64,000 nt of DNA from contig JASFQK010000017.1 of the NCBI GenBank assembly GCA_050115495.1, forward strand, positions 32,001 through 96,000, written 5' to 3'. The DNA is from Phycisphaerae bacterium (GTDB lineage: Bacteria; Planctomycetota; Phycisphaerae; UBA1845; Fen-1342). Below, piece by piece: positions 51,351 through 62,600 of this stretch. Made by a program: the position numbers and the translations under genes. Every line of letters starts with the position of its first letter. Position 1 is the stretch's first letter. The notes beneath the pieces are model-generated. The model was not told the DNA's origin, did no database searches, and was given only the letters and a program-made list of their open reading frames with translations.

Positions 51351-53222
51351 ATGATATCTCTGTCGGATCGCAGGCGATTCTGGAAACTCACCGTCGCGAT
51401 GCTGTCGCTGGCCGGCCTACTCGGCTGCTCCACAGCGTTTCACGAACGCTACTACGTTGGCGTTTACGAGCGCGACGCCACCAAAGGATCAGAGTCTGAG
51501 GGCGGACCAGCCCAGTTCTATCGCTACACGATCGACGGCGCGACGTCGCTGTTCAACAAGACGCGCTACGAAGCCGGCTGGTATGATGCGGCTGTCGTGG
51601 ACAAGCTCTTCGGTGAAGTGCGACCCGGTAGCGCAAAGGTCGCCAGCCGGCAGACGGCCGGAACCGCCCCTCTCATCACGGACATTCCACTGCTCTTCGC
51701 GGGCGGCAAGACCGGCCGCGTCGACGCCAGCGAACAGCCCGATCTGGCCGGGACGGCGAAAGCGAAAGAGTGGGCGGTCGTCAACGCCGAGGCCACGGCG
51801 GCGCGACTGCGTTCCTCTGCCGGGCCGTGGTCCATCCCGTTGGAGAATCTGACGCGCGTGCGCTGTGCCAAGGCGACGTTCCACTTCAGGCGTGGCGATT
51901 CAAGCGCTGGCGAGAGCCCGCCTCGTATCCTGGTGGACCGCATCGAACTCCACGGCGCCGGTTACGCCACCCTCGCAAACGGAGAGGGGTTCCTGCCGAC
52001 CACCGAAGACGCCAGCGGGTTCTTCGGCGACATCATCCCCGGGGCGGATGCCGGTCGCTTCTCCGCCGGTCTGCTCGATTCACTGTGGGTGGCCGGTGCG
52101 CGAACGACGGTGGTCGGCCAGATGGCCCGCGGCAGCGGCGACGACTGGAGTGGCCCGGCCGCATACGGGGAGAGCAACTCGCAGTTCCACCACGCCGAAT
52201 GGGGCCAGCACGAAGCGAAGATCGTCGACGGGGCGGTGGAAAGTGGTGGTGCCGCCGGCCGCATCGTGGCGGTGGACTCGCACGGGCATTTCACCGATGT
52301 GCACGGCTTCAGCGCCACCGCCGGCTGGCTGGCCCAGGCCGTGGCGGCCCGGCTCACGCTCGAGGGTGTCCAGGTGACGTGGCCCACCGAGACGAACGAG
52401 ACGTGGGTGTTGGTCCTGAGCGATGGGCAGGTGACAACGTCGTTCGACTTCACCACAGATGATGCATCGTCGCGTCGACTGACGGAGTACAAGAACAGCC
52501 TGAAGCCGTCGACACAGCCGGTCGAGGCCATCGCCCCGCTGGAGTTGGCCGATGTGACGCTGACTCCCCAGGACGCGAGCGACAAGCGTCACGTGAGGGC
52601 GGTGTCGGCGGAGACGTGGAAGAACTGGATGGCGAATCCGGGGCAAGGCGGCAACTCCGCCCCGACGGCGGCGAAGGTCGTCACGAGTGAGATCACCGCC
52701 GAGCACCTCGCCGTGCAATCGGGGAACATCAAGTTGACGTTGACGACCGCCGTCGAGCAGGCCCGTCAGGCCGGCAACCGCGTGGTGCTGAAGGGTCCCG
52801 AACAGGCCACATTCTACAACTTCGGGCCCGAAGGCGTGCGCGAGGCGCAGCGCGAGAACGAGCGACTGGTTGTTTTCATGAGCGCCAGCCCGCGCGTACT
52901 GGTCAACCACATCCGGGCGTTGGTCAATGCTCGCCAAACACAGCAGGTCGTCGCCTCCGCGCTGCTTGCCCCGAGGCTGATCGAGGACGCGCGGCGAGCC
53001 AAAGAGAGCCGGTCTGCCGTTGACGAAGCAAAGGCCCTGGCGAAGGAAATGGCGGACTACATCGTTTCGGACTCGTTCAACGGCGCCGACCTGCCAACGC
53101 TGCAACAGAAGGCGATCGGTTGGCTGGCCCGCACCGGTGGGGACAACACGGGGATGAGCGCTTGGCTGAGCGTGGTGCTGGATGGACTCCGGGCCACCCA
53201 TGGAGAAACGGACCATGAGTAA
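51351..53222 (+). CDS. hypothetical lipoprotein
   Basis: GGGAGG RBS; signal peptide with lipobox LLGC; long ORF. Confidence 0.75.
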   Translation: MISLSDRRRFWKLTVAMLSLAGLLGCSTAFHERYYVGVYERDATKGSESEGGPAQFYRYTIDGATSLFNKTRYEAGWYDAAVVDKLFGEVRPGSAKVASRQTAGTAPLITDIPLLFAGGKTGRVDASEQPDLAGTAKAKEWAVVNAEATAARLRSSAGPWSIPLENLTRVRCAKATFHFRRGDSSAGESPPRILVDRIELHGAGYATLANGEGFLPTTEDASGFFGDIIPGADAGRFSAGLLDSLWVAGARTTVVGQMARGSGDDWSGPAAYGESNSQFHHAEWGQHEAKIVDGAVESGGAAGRIVAVDSHGHFTDVHGFSATAGWLAQAVAARLTLEGVQVTWPTETNETWVLVLSDGQVTTSFDFTTDDASSRRLTEYKNSLKPSTQPVEAIAPLELADVTLTPQDASDKRHVRAVSAETWKNWMANPGQGGNSAPTAAKVVTSEITAEHLAVQSGNIKLTLTTAVEQARQAGNRVVLKGPEQATFYNFGPEGVREAQRENERLVVFMSASPRVLVNHIRALVNARQTQQVVASALLAPRLIEDARRAKESRSAVDEAKALAKEMADYIVSDSFNGADLPTLQQKAIGWLARTGGDNTGMSAWLSVVLDGLRATHGETDHE

Positions 53223-54414
53223 AATGGTGATCGAAATACGACCGCAGCCGGCCCGTCGCGCCACCGCCCTCGGCTTCGGGTTGGCCGTGTGTGTGCTGTG
53301 TTCGTGCACGGCCGGCTGCGCGGCGCTCAAGATTCAGGTGGACGTGTACAAGGGCGAGCTCATCCGCACGAAGGAAGCGAGGCTCGCCGAGGCCGTTGCC
53401 ATCTCGCGAAACACCTATCACTGGGTGAAGGACTACCAAGTGCCGCGTGACGAAGACGTCAGTGAGCGCGGCGCAGGCCGCAGTGGCATGCCGGCCGATG
53501 AGCTGGGGCACTTGGCCGCGTATCGCCGGCAGGCCGTGGATGTCTACGAAGGAGTTGGCGGCAGTCCCGGCATCGAGAAGCTCTGGGCTGCCTATCTCGC
53601 AGACCCTGGCAACCGCGCCAACACGGAAGCACTCGCCAAGCAACTGGTTCTCTTTGGGTCAGCGGCACAGGGCCTGGGTCGCGGGCAGGGCCTGGGCCCG
53701 GCGGTGGAGCTCGCGTCGCGTCCGGGGAAGGTCAGTGCGCTCTTCAACTGGCGGAACATGCGGGACGACCTCGAGGAAGGCATCACGCTGGAAGAAGCCG
53801 GCAACTGGATCGTCTCCCTAGCGGATTCCGTGCTCGACAAGAGCGAGCGCAGTTCGATCGCTGCCATCATGGAATCCGTGTCTTTCGGGCACGTGGCCAC
53901 GGTCACCGCGGCCAATACAGGTGGCGATTCGGGGACTCTCAGCAGCATTGACGAGCGTTACTGGCACAACATCAACCACGTGAAGGTGTTCGGCGCCGGC
54001 GAGACGGAGTTCGTGCTCGCCAAGGACGACATCGGCAACTGGCACATCAAGAGCGTCCAGACCAGCCAGGACGAAATCGTCAACGCGATCTTCGACGGAG
54101 CTGAGTCCGTTATCACAGTCCTCGCGGCCCAATATGGGATCACCGGCGGAGGCCAGCCTTTGGAGAAAAACCGTGACCCGGCGAATCTGATCTCCAAGGA
54201 CTACATCAACCGCCAGACCAACGCCGACTCCGCCGAACGCATCACCCGACGCGTGCGCAACGCGCAGCTCGGCCTCGCCGCGATGCTCATCTCGACGTCG
54301 CGAGCCAGTTCGCCGGCCCAGGCCCAGGCCCTGCTTCGCGCCGCGGCTGCAGCGTTCAACAGCCAGCTCCAGGGGCTTGAATCGGGCGACGAACCCGCCA
54401 AGGGCTCGTCCTGA
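53215..54414 (+). CDS. hypothetical lipoprotein
   Basis: GGAG RBS, overlaps the upstream stop; lipobox TAGC. Confidence 0.75.
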   Translation: MSKMVIEIRPQPARRATALGFGLAVCVLCSCTAGCAALKIQVDVYKGELIRTKEARLAEAVAISRNTYHWVKDYQVPRDEDVSERGAGRSGMPADELGHLAAYRRQAVDVYEGVGGSPGIEKLWAAYLADPGNRANTEALAKQLVLFGSAAQGLGRGQGLGPAVELASRPGKVSALFNWRNMRDDLEEGITLEEAGNWIVSLADSVLDKSERSSIAAIMESVSFGHVATVTAANTGGDSGTLSSIDERYWHNINHVKVFGAGETEFVLAKDDIGNWHIKSVQTSQDEIVNAIFDGAESVITVLAAQYGITGGGQPLEKNRDPANLISKDYINRQTNADSAERITRRVRNAQLGLAAMLISTSRASSPAQAQALLRAAAAAFNSQLQGLESGDEPAKGSS

Positions 54415-54472
54415 CGGCCCGACGCGTCATCGAGCCGTCCGCACGGGACCGGCAGCGCCTGGCAGAGGACGC

Positions 54473-56427
54473 CTAGAGTGTCGCGCCGCCGGCGTTGACG
54501 GTCCTCGGCTCACCCTGCCCGCTGACGATCGCGGCCAGGCCGTCCATCATGCCCTTCAGCGTCGCCGACTGGGCGTTGAGCTCTTCGGAGGCACTGGCTA
54601 GCTCCTCGGCACCGGAGGCGTTCAGCTCGGTGACCTTGTCCATCTCCGAGACGCCGCGGTTCACCTGGTCCACGCCCTGGGCCTGCTCCTGGCTGGCCTG
54701 GGCGATGGCGTTGATCAGGTCGGTGATCTTGTTCACGTCGCCGACCATCGTGCCCAGGGCCTGAGCCACTTCGCCCGCCACTTCCGCCCCCTCCTTCGTC
54801 TTGCCGATCGAGTCCTGAATCAGACCCGTCGTGTCGCCGGCGGCCTGCGCGGCCCGCTGCGCCAGGTTGCGAACCTCGTCCGCCACGACGGCGAAGCCCT
54901 TGCCATGCTCACCGGCCCGGGCTGCCTCGACCGCCGCATTCAGGGCCAGCAGGTTCGTCTGGAAGGCGATCTCCTCGATCACCTTGATGATCTTGCTGAT
55001 TTGGCCCGAGGACTCGTTAATGGCCGTCATCGCGGTGTCGAGCCGCGCCATGGTCTGGTCGCCGTGTTCGGCCGCAGTCCTCGCCTGCGCGCTGAGCTCG
55101 CTGGCCTCCTGGGCCCGCCCGGCGTTGGCCCGTGTTGTGCCGGCCACTTCCCCCAGCGCCCGGGAGGATTGCTGCAACGCCGCCGACTGCTCGCTGGCCC
55201 CCTGGGCGATGCGCTGAGATGCGGACGACACCTCCGACGCCGCGTCGTGCACCTGGTCCGCTCCGGCGTTCAGCCCCTCGATAAGCCGGTTGATCGGGCC
55301 GGTAACCCGCGCCCGCACGTAGACGGCGGCGACGGCGAAGACGACCAGCGCCAGCCCCAGCGCCGCGTACTGCGTGTTCTGCATGAGCGCCGAGCGCGCC
55401 TCGGAGCTCTCCTGCATCAGGCCGACGACCTTGTTCATCTCCGCCAGCAGTGTCGTGTTCTGGGTCAGCACAATGTTGAGCGACGGCAGGAATGCCTTGC
55501 TCTCCTGGGCCTTTTCCGCCATCACCACGTCCACGCTGGCGTTGAACCTCTCCCACAATTCGCCCACCTTCTGCAGCTCGGCGCGGATGTGCTCCTCGCG
55601 GCACGCCGGCAGAATAGGCCGCTCGTCGCCCATCGGCGCCGGTCCGCCGTTCAGCAGGGCCTTCAGCGTTTCGTCGAACATGGCCCGCGCGGCCAGCGCC
55701 TCGGTCCGATACTCCTCGGCGTTCTTGGCGCGCGTCGGCCACGCCACGGACATCGCCCCGCGGATATCCCCCAGCTCATAGCCGGCGGCCAGGTCGCTGT
55801 TGTAGTTCTGCTGGAACACCGCGGGCACCTCTTCCGGCGTACCGTGGCACGTCAGGCAGGACTCGGTGGCCACCAGCGGCCGCATGTACCGCATGGTCAC
55901 CTGGCCGTTCTCAACGACCTTCTCGTTCCAATCCCGATCCTGCCACTCGGTTGGATGCGCCTCCATCTGCGCCAGCATCTTCTCCTCGTAGGCGTCCGGC
56001 TTGTTGGCTTCGTTCAGGTACTTCCGCGACACCTGCCGTACGGACAGCGGCTTGCCTGTCGTGAAGTGCTCCGCGATCACGCGCACGGCCACCGCTGGCG
56101 CGAATTCCAGCGTCTCCGTGGTAAGTTGAAGTCTCCCGCCGGCGTGGCTTCGGCGATCGCCCGGGACAGGTGCTCGCGCGTCTCGATCAGCAGGTCCACC
56201 TGCTTGCGGGCCTCGTCCACCTCGCGCAGCTCGATCACATAGCCCAGCGCCGCCTTGGTCAGCTTCTGCGTCAGCATCCGCTGGCGTCCGGCGAGGTTGA
56301 TCACCACTGCGTCGGCTTTCTGCGCCGAGGTAACCCAGTAGGTCACGCCGGCCACTCCGGCCATCAGCCCCGCGAACAGACCCATCACCCCCAGGACTTT
56401 CGCGTTCAATGACATCGACATACGCAT
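54473..56427 (-). pseudogene. methyl-accepting chemotaxis protein with NarX/PilJ-type sensor and inserted c-heme (DUF3365-like) domain; single frameshift near 56120-56150
   Basis: TM1 and [13 protein letters not shown] in ORF 56077-56568; CLTCH, TM2 and [20 protein letters not shown] in ORF 54473-56092; adding one base joins them. Confidence 0.8.
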
Positions 56428-56679
56428 CGACCCTCGCACGTAACCCGTCGGTTCACCGGCGGCCCTCGCCCGGCTCGCCGGCGCCCACCGCGGTGCAGCA
56501 GGCAAACATGTCCGCTCGGCAATGGAGCAAGCGTCCAGCGCCGGCCGTCCCCTGAGACCGGCTGGCAACCTGCCGCGCCATCACCGCCCCGCTCATACGT
56601 CTACATGACTTCTGTCACAGCTCGCGCGTCGACCTGAGGGGGACAGCCCAACTGCGTTCAGTCAGGCCGTATGGGGTAA

Positions 56680-56705
56680 ATCGGTTCGCCGCTCCAGGTG
56701 CGTGA
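56680..56705 (-). promoter_or_regulatory. sigma28/FliA-like promoter (leftward MCP)
   Basis: TCACG-N16-CCGAT, mirrored at 56899-56924. Confidence 0.55.
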
Positions 56706-56780
56706 GTTCCGGCCGGCAACTTCCGCGGCCCGCGGCGCCAATGCGCGGAGACCGCCATTGGCGTCATCGCCTACAGCAGA

Positions 56781-56807
56781 TGTAGCCAATATCCACGGCT
56801 GGCTACA
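56781..56807. promoter_or_regulatory. palindromic operator candidate
   Basis: TGTAGCCA-N11-TGGCTACA between the divergent MCP promoters. Confidence 0.45.
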
Positions 56808-56898
56808 AGTCATCGCGAGTCGCCGTGTCGCTGGTATTGTGGTGAAGACGGATCGGTGGTGTCGGGCTCGGCTGCCGCAGGCGGACGGCCCCCGCTAA

Positions 56899-56924
56899 TC
56901 ACGCGTCAGCAGACTCGAACCGAT
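56899..56924 (+). promoter_or_regulatory. sigma28/FliA-like promoter (rightward MCP)
   Basis: TCACG-N16-CCGAT. Confidence 0.55.
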
Positions 56925-57022
56925 GCTGCCTGCAGGACACTGCCGTCCGCTTTTGACGCCGGGCAGCGTGGGTAACAGGGAGCCTGCCGGCGCGCTCACG
57001 TTCATGCAGGAGTGCAAACCCC

Positions 57023-58561
57023 ATGGGATTCAGAGCTAAGATTGTGCTGGCGGGCGTGCTGTCGCTGCTGGCGCTGGCCGGAATCATGTTCTGGCTGTAC
57101 GCGAAGGACTCGCGGGCAACGGTGCAAAAGCACTACATCGAGAAGGCGCGGAGCATCGTGCTGGCCGTCGAATCGATGCGGGAGGAAATGGCCTCCAAGT
57201 GGAAGGCGGGTATCTTCACGCCCGAGCAAATGCGAGCCTGGGCGCAGGAGGGGCAGCTCGACAAGATTCTGCACGCGATACCGGTGGTGAGCGCCTGGCG
57301 CGCGGCCATGGCCAAGTCGAAGGAAGTCGGCTACGAGTTCCGCGTGCCGAGGTTCCATCCGCGCAATCCCAAGAACACGCCCGATGAAGTCGAGGGCCGC
57401 GTCCTCAAGATGTTCGCCGAAACAGGGACCCCCGAGCACTACGAGATCGACCCGGCCCTCAACGCCATCCGCTACTTCCGGCCGATCCGGCTGACGGACG
57501 ACTGCCTAATGTGTCACGGCGATCCAGCGACGTCCATGACGGTGTGGGGCAACGACCGGGGTGTGGACCCGACGGGCGTTCGCCTGGAGAACTGGAAGAC
57601 GGGTGAGGTCCACGGGGCGTTCGAAGTGGTGCAGCCGCTGGCTGAAGCGGACCAGGCGCTGGCCACGACCATGTGGCGTGGCACGGGTATCGTCGCCATG
57701 CTCGTCGGCCTGAGTGCCGTGGCGCTGTTCCTGGTCGTGACGCGAGTGGTGATGCGCAACGTTATCCGGCCGGTGCAGGGCATCGCCGGCAAGCTCGACG
57801 AAGGCGCTGAGCAGGTCAACGAAGCCTCAGCCCAGGTGGCGAACGCGTCGAGCATGCTCGCCCAAGGTGCCAGCGACCAGGCCGCGGCGTTGGAAGAGGC
57901 GTCCGGCTCGCTGACGCAGGTCGCGTCGATGAGCCAGGAGAACGCGAAGAGCGCGGCGGACGTAAATCGCCTGAGCCGCGACGCGTGCGATACCGCACAA
58001 TCCTGCGATCAGACAATGCACCGGCTCAGCGGGGCGATGGTGGCGATCAACGACTCCGCCGGCGCGATCCGCAAGATCATCAAGGTAATCGAGGAGATCG
58101 CCTTCCAGACCAACCTGCTGGCCCTGAACGCGGCGGTCGAGGCGGCCCGGGCCGGCGAACAAGGCAAGGGTTTCGCAGTGGTCGCCCAGGAAGTGCGCTC
58201 GCTGGCGCAGCGTGCAGCGCAGGCCACGGGCGAAACGACCGCCCTGATCGAGACGTCCGTCGAACGGGCCCGCGAAGGCAGCGAAGTGTCGACGGAAGTC
58301 ACGTCGGCGATGAGCCTGATCGTGACGGGCGTAACACAGGTGTCGGACCTAGTGGGCGGTATCTCCAAAGCGAGCACCGACCAGGCCGAAGCCGTGGATC
58401 AACTCAACAAGGCCATCACTCAGCTCAACTCGGCGACGCAGCAGAATGCGTCGGCGTCCGAGGAGTCGGCGTCGGCGTCCGAGGAACTCTCGGCCCAGGC
58501 GGAAACCGTGCGGAACACCGTCGTCGAGCTGATGCGCGTGGCGGGAATCAAGCGGCGCTGA
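57023..58561 (+). CDS. methyl-accepting chemotaxis protein with periplasmic c-heme (DUF3365-like) sensor
   Basis: TM1, [25 protein letters not shown]2, MCP signalling hairpin. Confidence 0.92.
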   Translation: MGFRAKIVLAGVLSLLALAGIMFWLYAKDSRATVQKHYIEKARSIVLAVESMREEMASKWKAGIFTPEQMRAWAQEGQLDKILHAIPVVSAWRAAMAKSKEVGYEFRVPRFHPRNPKNTPDEVEGRVLKMFAETGTPEHYEIDPALNAIRYFRPIRLTDDCLMCHGDPATSMTVWGNDRGVDPTGVRLENWKTGEVHGAFEVVQPLAEADQALATTMWRGTGIVAMLVGLSAVALFLVVTRVVMRNVIRPVQGIAGKLDEGAEQVNEASAQVANASSMLAQGASDQAAALEEASGSLTQVASMSQENAKSAADVNRLSRDACDTAQSCDQTMHRLSGAMVAINDSAGAIRKIIKVIEEIAFQTNLLALNAAVEAARAGEQGKGFAVVAQEVRSLAQRAAQATGETTALIETSVERAREGSEVSTEVTSAMSLIVTGVTQVSDLVGGISKASTDQAEAVDQLNKAITQLNSATQQNASASEESASASEELSAQAETVRNTVVELMRVAGIKRR

Positions 58562-58687
58562 TCCTGGCGCGACGAATAGACGGAGGGTGACGGCGAAAGC
58601 GGGCGGCGTGGCGCGCCGTCTGCGTCTGGGCGGCCAACGCGCTCCCACTCCCCCCCTCGGGCCGCCGGACCCGCTACAATGCCCGCC

Positions 58688-59371
58688 ATGACCACGCCCC
58701 TTCACCTTGATGTCCGCACCGGCTACGACCGCTGGGCCGAGATCTACGATGACGAGGACAACCCCCTCATCCTGCTCGAAGGCCCCGTCGTTCGCGACTG
58801 GATCGGCGAGCCCCGCGGCCTGCGCGCCGCCGACGTCGGCTGCGGCACCGGTCGCCACGCCGTCTGGCTCGCCCAAGCCGGCGCGACGGTCGACGCCTAC
58901 GACAGTTCACCCGGCATGATGGCCCGGGCCCGCACCAAGCTCGACCTCCCCGGCGTCCGCTTCGTCGAGCACAGCCTGCCCAACCCCCTGCCCGCCCCCG
59001 ACAACACCTACGACCTCGTCCTCCTCGCCCTCGTCGCCGACCACCTCGCCCAACCCCGCCAGACCCTCGAAGACCTCCGCCGCGTGCTCCGCCCCGGCGG
59101 CTCTCTGATCTTCACGGTGCTCCATCCGGCGATGAACCTGCTGGGGATCACGGCCCGCTTCGCCGACCCGCAGACGGGGCAGGAGGTGCGCGTCGCCGCC
59201 TTCGACCACACGTTCAGCGATTACGTGATGGCGGCACTGCGGGCGGGCCTGACGATCGACGAGCTCATCGAGCGCAAGGCCGACGCCGACCTGGCCGCTC
59301 GCACTGCGCGGGCGGAGAAGTATCTCGGCTGGCCGATGCTGCTGGCGATGCGCCTGCGCAAGCCGGCCTGA
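58688..59371 (+). CDS. class I SAM-dependent methyltransferase
   Basis: YDRWAEIYD, DVGCGTGRH, RVLRPGG; TACAAT 7 nt before the ATG. Confidence 0.9.
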   Translation: MTTPLHLDVRTGYDRWAEIYDDEDNPLILLEGPVVRDWIGEPRGLRAADVGCGTGRHAVWLAQAGATVDAYDSSPGMMARARTKLDLPGVRFVEHSLPNPLPAPDNTYDLVLLALVADHLAQPRQTLEDLRRVLRPGGSLIFTVLHPAMNLLGITARFADPQTGQEVRVAAFDHTFSDYVMAALRAGLTIDELIERKADADLAARTARAEKYLGWPMLLAMRLRKPA

Positions 59372-59483
59372 CGCCGGAAGCAGCCTACTAACTACTGCCA
59401 CTACAACAACTTACTTACGACCACCCAGTCCGGGACGCGATTGAGGCCGAGCGGATCAGCCGCCCAGGCTTGCCGTCCGCCAT

Positions 59484-59513
59484 TCAGGCCACGTGCGGCT
59501 TTTGTCCGATATT
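59484..59513 (+). promoter_or_regulatory. conserved upstream element (sigma28-like) of adhesin 1
   Basis: TCAGG-N16-TCCGATATT; a matching element precedes the paralog at 63113-63142. Confidence 0.5.
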
Positions 59514-59624
59514 CACTGTCGCCTTTATTGTTATCTGTGTCGTGCTCGCGATACGGCGCAGGGGAGCCTGAGCGTCGTGCAGGCCTATGCCACGCGGCGG
59601 TGCCCTGTCGGAGAACGAACAACC

Positions 59625-62600
59625 ATGGCCCGAGCCCCGAGAACACTCTCGTTCCCTAGCGGTCGGCTCGCGTGGCTCGCGCTCGTCAGCTGTCTGGCGA
59701 CGTGCCCCCATAGCGTCGCCGCCACGTATACGGTCACGAACACGAACGACAGCGGTGGCGGTTCGCTGCGTCAGGCGATCATCGACGCGAACGCCAACGG
59801 GGGGCCAGACGCGATCGCCTTCGATGCTGCCGTCACCGGTACGATCACGCTCGCCTCCGCCCTGCCGGCCATCACCGATGACCTCACCGTCACCGGCCCG
59901 GGAGTCTCCTTCCTCACCGTCAGCGGCGGCGGCGCCTGCCGCATCCTGTCCATTACCGCCGGTACCGTCGCGGTCAGCGACCTCACGCTCGCGCACGGCC
60001 TCCATCAGGGACAAGCCGGATCCCCCCGCGCCGACAACTCCGCTGGCGGCGGAGGGGGCGGCGCCGGCGGTCTGGCCGGAGCCCTCTACATCACCGGCGG
60101 AACCGTGAGCCTCACGAACGTCGCCTTCGACAACAATACCGCCACCGGCGGAACCGGCGGTGCGTCCGGTTATCCGTCGGCTAACTTCGGTGACGGCGGC
60201 GCCGGCGGCGGACCGGCCGGCGGCGCCGGAGGATCCCATTCCGGCGGTACTGGCCTGCCCGGTGGCGACGGCGGCGATGTCAGTGGTGGCGGCGGCGGCG
60301 GGGCAGATTACGGCGTCGGCGGAGACGGCGGTGCGGGCGGCTACGCCAGCGGCGGCGGCGGTGGCGGTGGACGAACCCTAGGCGGCACGGGCGGAACCGG
60401 CGGCGCCGGAGCGAACTTCGGCGGAAGCGCCGCCGACGGACGATACTCCGGTGGCGGGGGTGGCGGCGGCGGCGCAGGACTCGGCGGCGCCATCTGCATC
60501 CGTGCTGGCACGCTCGATTTGTACAACACCACGCTGACCACAAACACGGCCACCGGCGGCAACGGCGGCAACGGAGCGGGATCTCTGGATGGCGCGGCAG
60601 GCCGGGGCAAAGGCGGCGCCCTCTTCGTCGACGGCGCGGCTACCGCCCGCGCCTGGAACCTGACCCTCGGCTCCGGCGGCACTGCCAACAGCGCCAGCGA
60701 CGCCGGCTCTACCAACACGGACAACGACGACTGGTACGGTACCCTCGATTTCTACCCGGGGGTCGTCTCCATCGTTCGCGCTGACGCCAATCCCACTGCG
60801 GCCACCACACTGCACTTCACCGTTACGTTCTCCGAGGCCGTCACGGGAGTCGATAGCAGTGACTTCGCGGTCCAGACCACGGGCGACCTGGGCACACCGA
60901 CGGAAGTCGTCGTCAGCGCCGACTCCGGCACCACTCGAACGGTCACGGTTACCGTCAACAACGGGACCGGCACCGTGCAGCTCAATCTCGTCGACGACGA
61001 CAGCATCGTCGACAGCTCGAGCCTGCCCCTGGCGACGGTCGGCACAGGTAACGGTAACTCGACGGGCGAGACCTACATGGTGGACAGTGTTGGTCCGACG
61101 GTGACCCTCGCCAGCACCGCCCCAGCGCAGGTGAACAACGCCTTCGCCGTCACGATCACGCTGGATGAACAGAGCAGCGACTTCACGGTCGACGATCTTA
61201 CGTTGACCAACGCCACCGCACAGAATTTCGCCGGCGGCGGAAGCAGTTACACGGTCACCATCGTCCCCACGGCCGCCGGTCAGGTCGTGGTCGAGGTCCC
61301 CGCCGACGTGCTTCACGATGCGTTCAGCAACCCGAATTCCGCCGCCACACCGCTCACCCGCGCGTTCGTGGAGGATTACACCGGGCCAACCGTCACGCTT
61401 GCCAGTGCCGCCGCAGCGCGAGTGAACAACGCTTTCACCGTCACCATCACCCTCGACGAGTCTAGCAGCGACTTCACCGTCGATGACCTTACGTTGACCA
61501 ACGCCACCGCACAGAACTTCACCGGCAGCGGAGCCAATTACTCGGTCACGATCGTCCCCGCCGCCGCTGGCCAGGTCGTGATCGAGGTCCCTGCCAGCGT
61601 GATGCAAGACACGTTCGGTAACCTCAATCCCGCCGCCACGCCGCTCACCCGTGAGTTCGTGGAGGACTACACTGGGCCAACCGTCACACTCGTCAGTGCC
61701 GCGCCCGCGCAGGTAAACGACGCCTTCGCTGTCACCATCACGCTGAACGAGCAGAGCAGCGACTTCACGGTCGGTGATCTCACCCTCGCCAATGCCACGG
61801 CTCAGAGCTTCACCGGTAGCGGGACCAGCTACTCCGTCACGATCGCGCCAACCTCCGCCGGACAGGTCGTGGTCGAAGTCGTTGCCGGCGCGCTCCACGA
61901 TGCGTTTGGCAACCCGAACTCCGCCGCCACACCGCTCACGCGCGAGTTTGTCGAGGACCACACTGGGCCCACCGTCACGCTCGCCAGTGCCGCCGCGGTG
62001 CAGGTGAACAGCGCTTTCACCGTCACCATCACGTTGGACGAACAGAGCAGCGACTTCACCGTCGATGACCTTACGTTGACCAACGCCACGGCCCAGGACT
62101 TCGCCGGCGGCGGAAGCAGCTATTCGGTCATCATCGTCCCCGCCGCCGTCGGCCAGGTCGTCATCGCAGTCGGCGCCGGCGTGATGCATGACGCGTTCGG
62201 CAACCCCAACCCGGCCGCCGTGCCCCTCAAACGCGACTACACAATCCACACGCCCACCGAGAGCCTCACTATCACGATCGAGCCCGAAACCACCGATGTC
62301 GCCGTGGGCGACGAGCTGCGCTACGCGCTGACGGTACAGAACGTCGGCGACGGCGACGCGGACGACGTGACTGTGCTGTTCGCCCTCCCCGCGGACGTCG
62401 AGTTCGTGTCCGCAGCGCATCTGAGTGAGATCTCGGCACCGACCGCCCCCATCGTCGCGTACACGTCGGAAGAGGGCACGTTGACGATTCCGGTCGGTGA
62501 GATCGCCGCCGGCACAACGGTGCGTATGCGTCTGACCCTGCGGCCACTGGTCGCCGGCGAGATCACATTCACCGCAGACGCCTACGTGGGTGACGAACCG

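Noticed and set aside
56100..56150. programmed frameshift in the MCP gene
   Set aside because: No slippery heptamer or long homopolymer; an indel error or pseudogenisation is more likely, especially with a second suspected indel in comEC.
56495..56580. c-di-GMP-I riboswitch candidate (GGCAAAC)
   Set aside because: No GNRA-capped P2 or GCAAAG junction, and it is far from the + strand MCP.
61092..62255. regular repeats as a possible CRISPR array or DGR
   Set aside because: They are in-frame 291-nt coding repeats with no spacers and no cas or reverse transcriptase gene.
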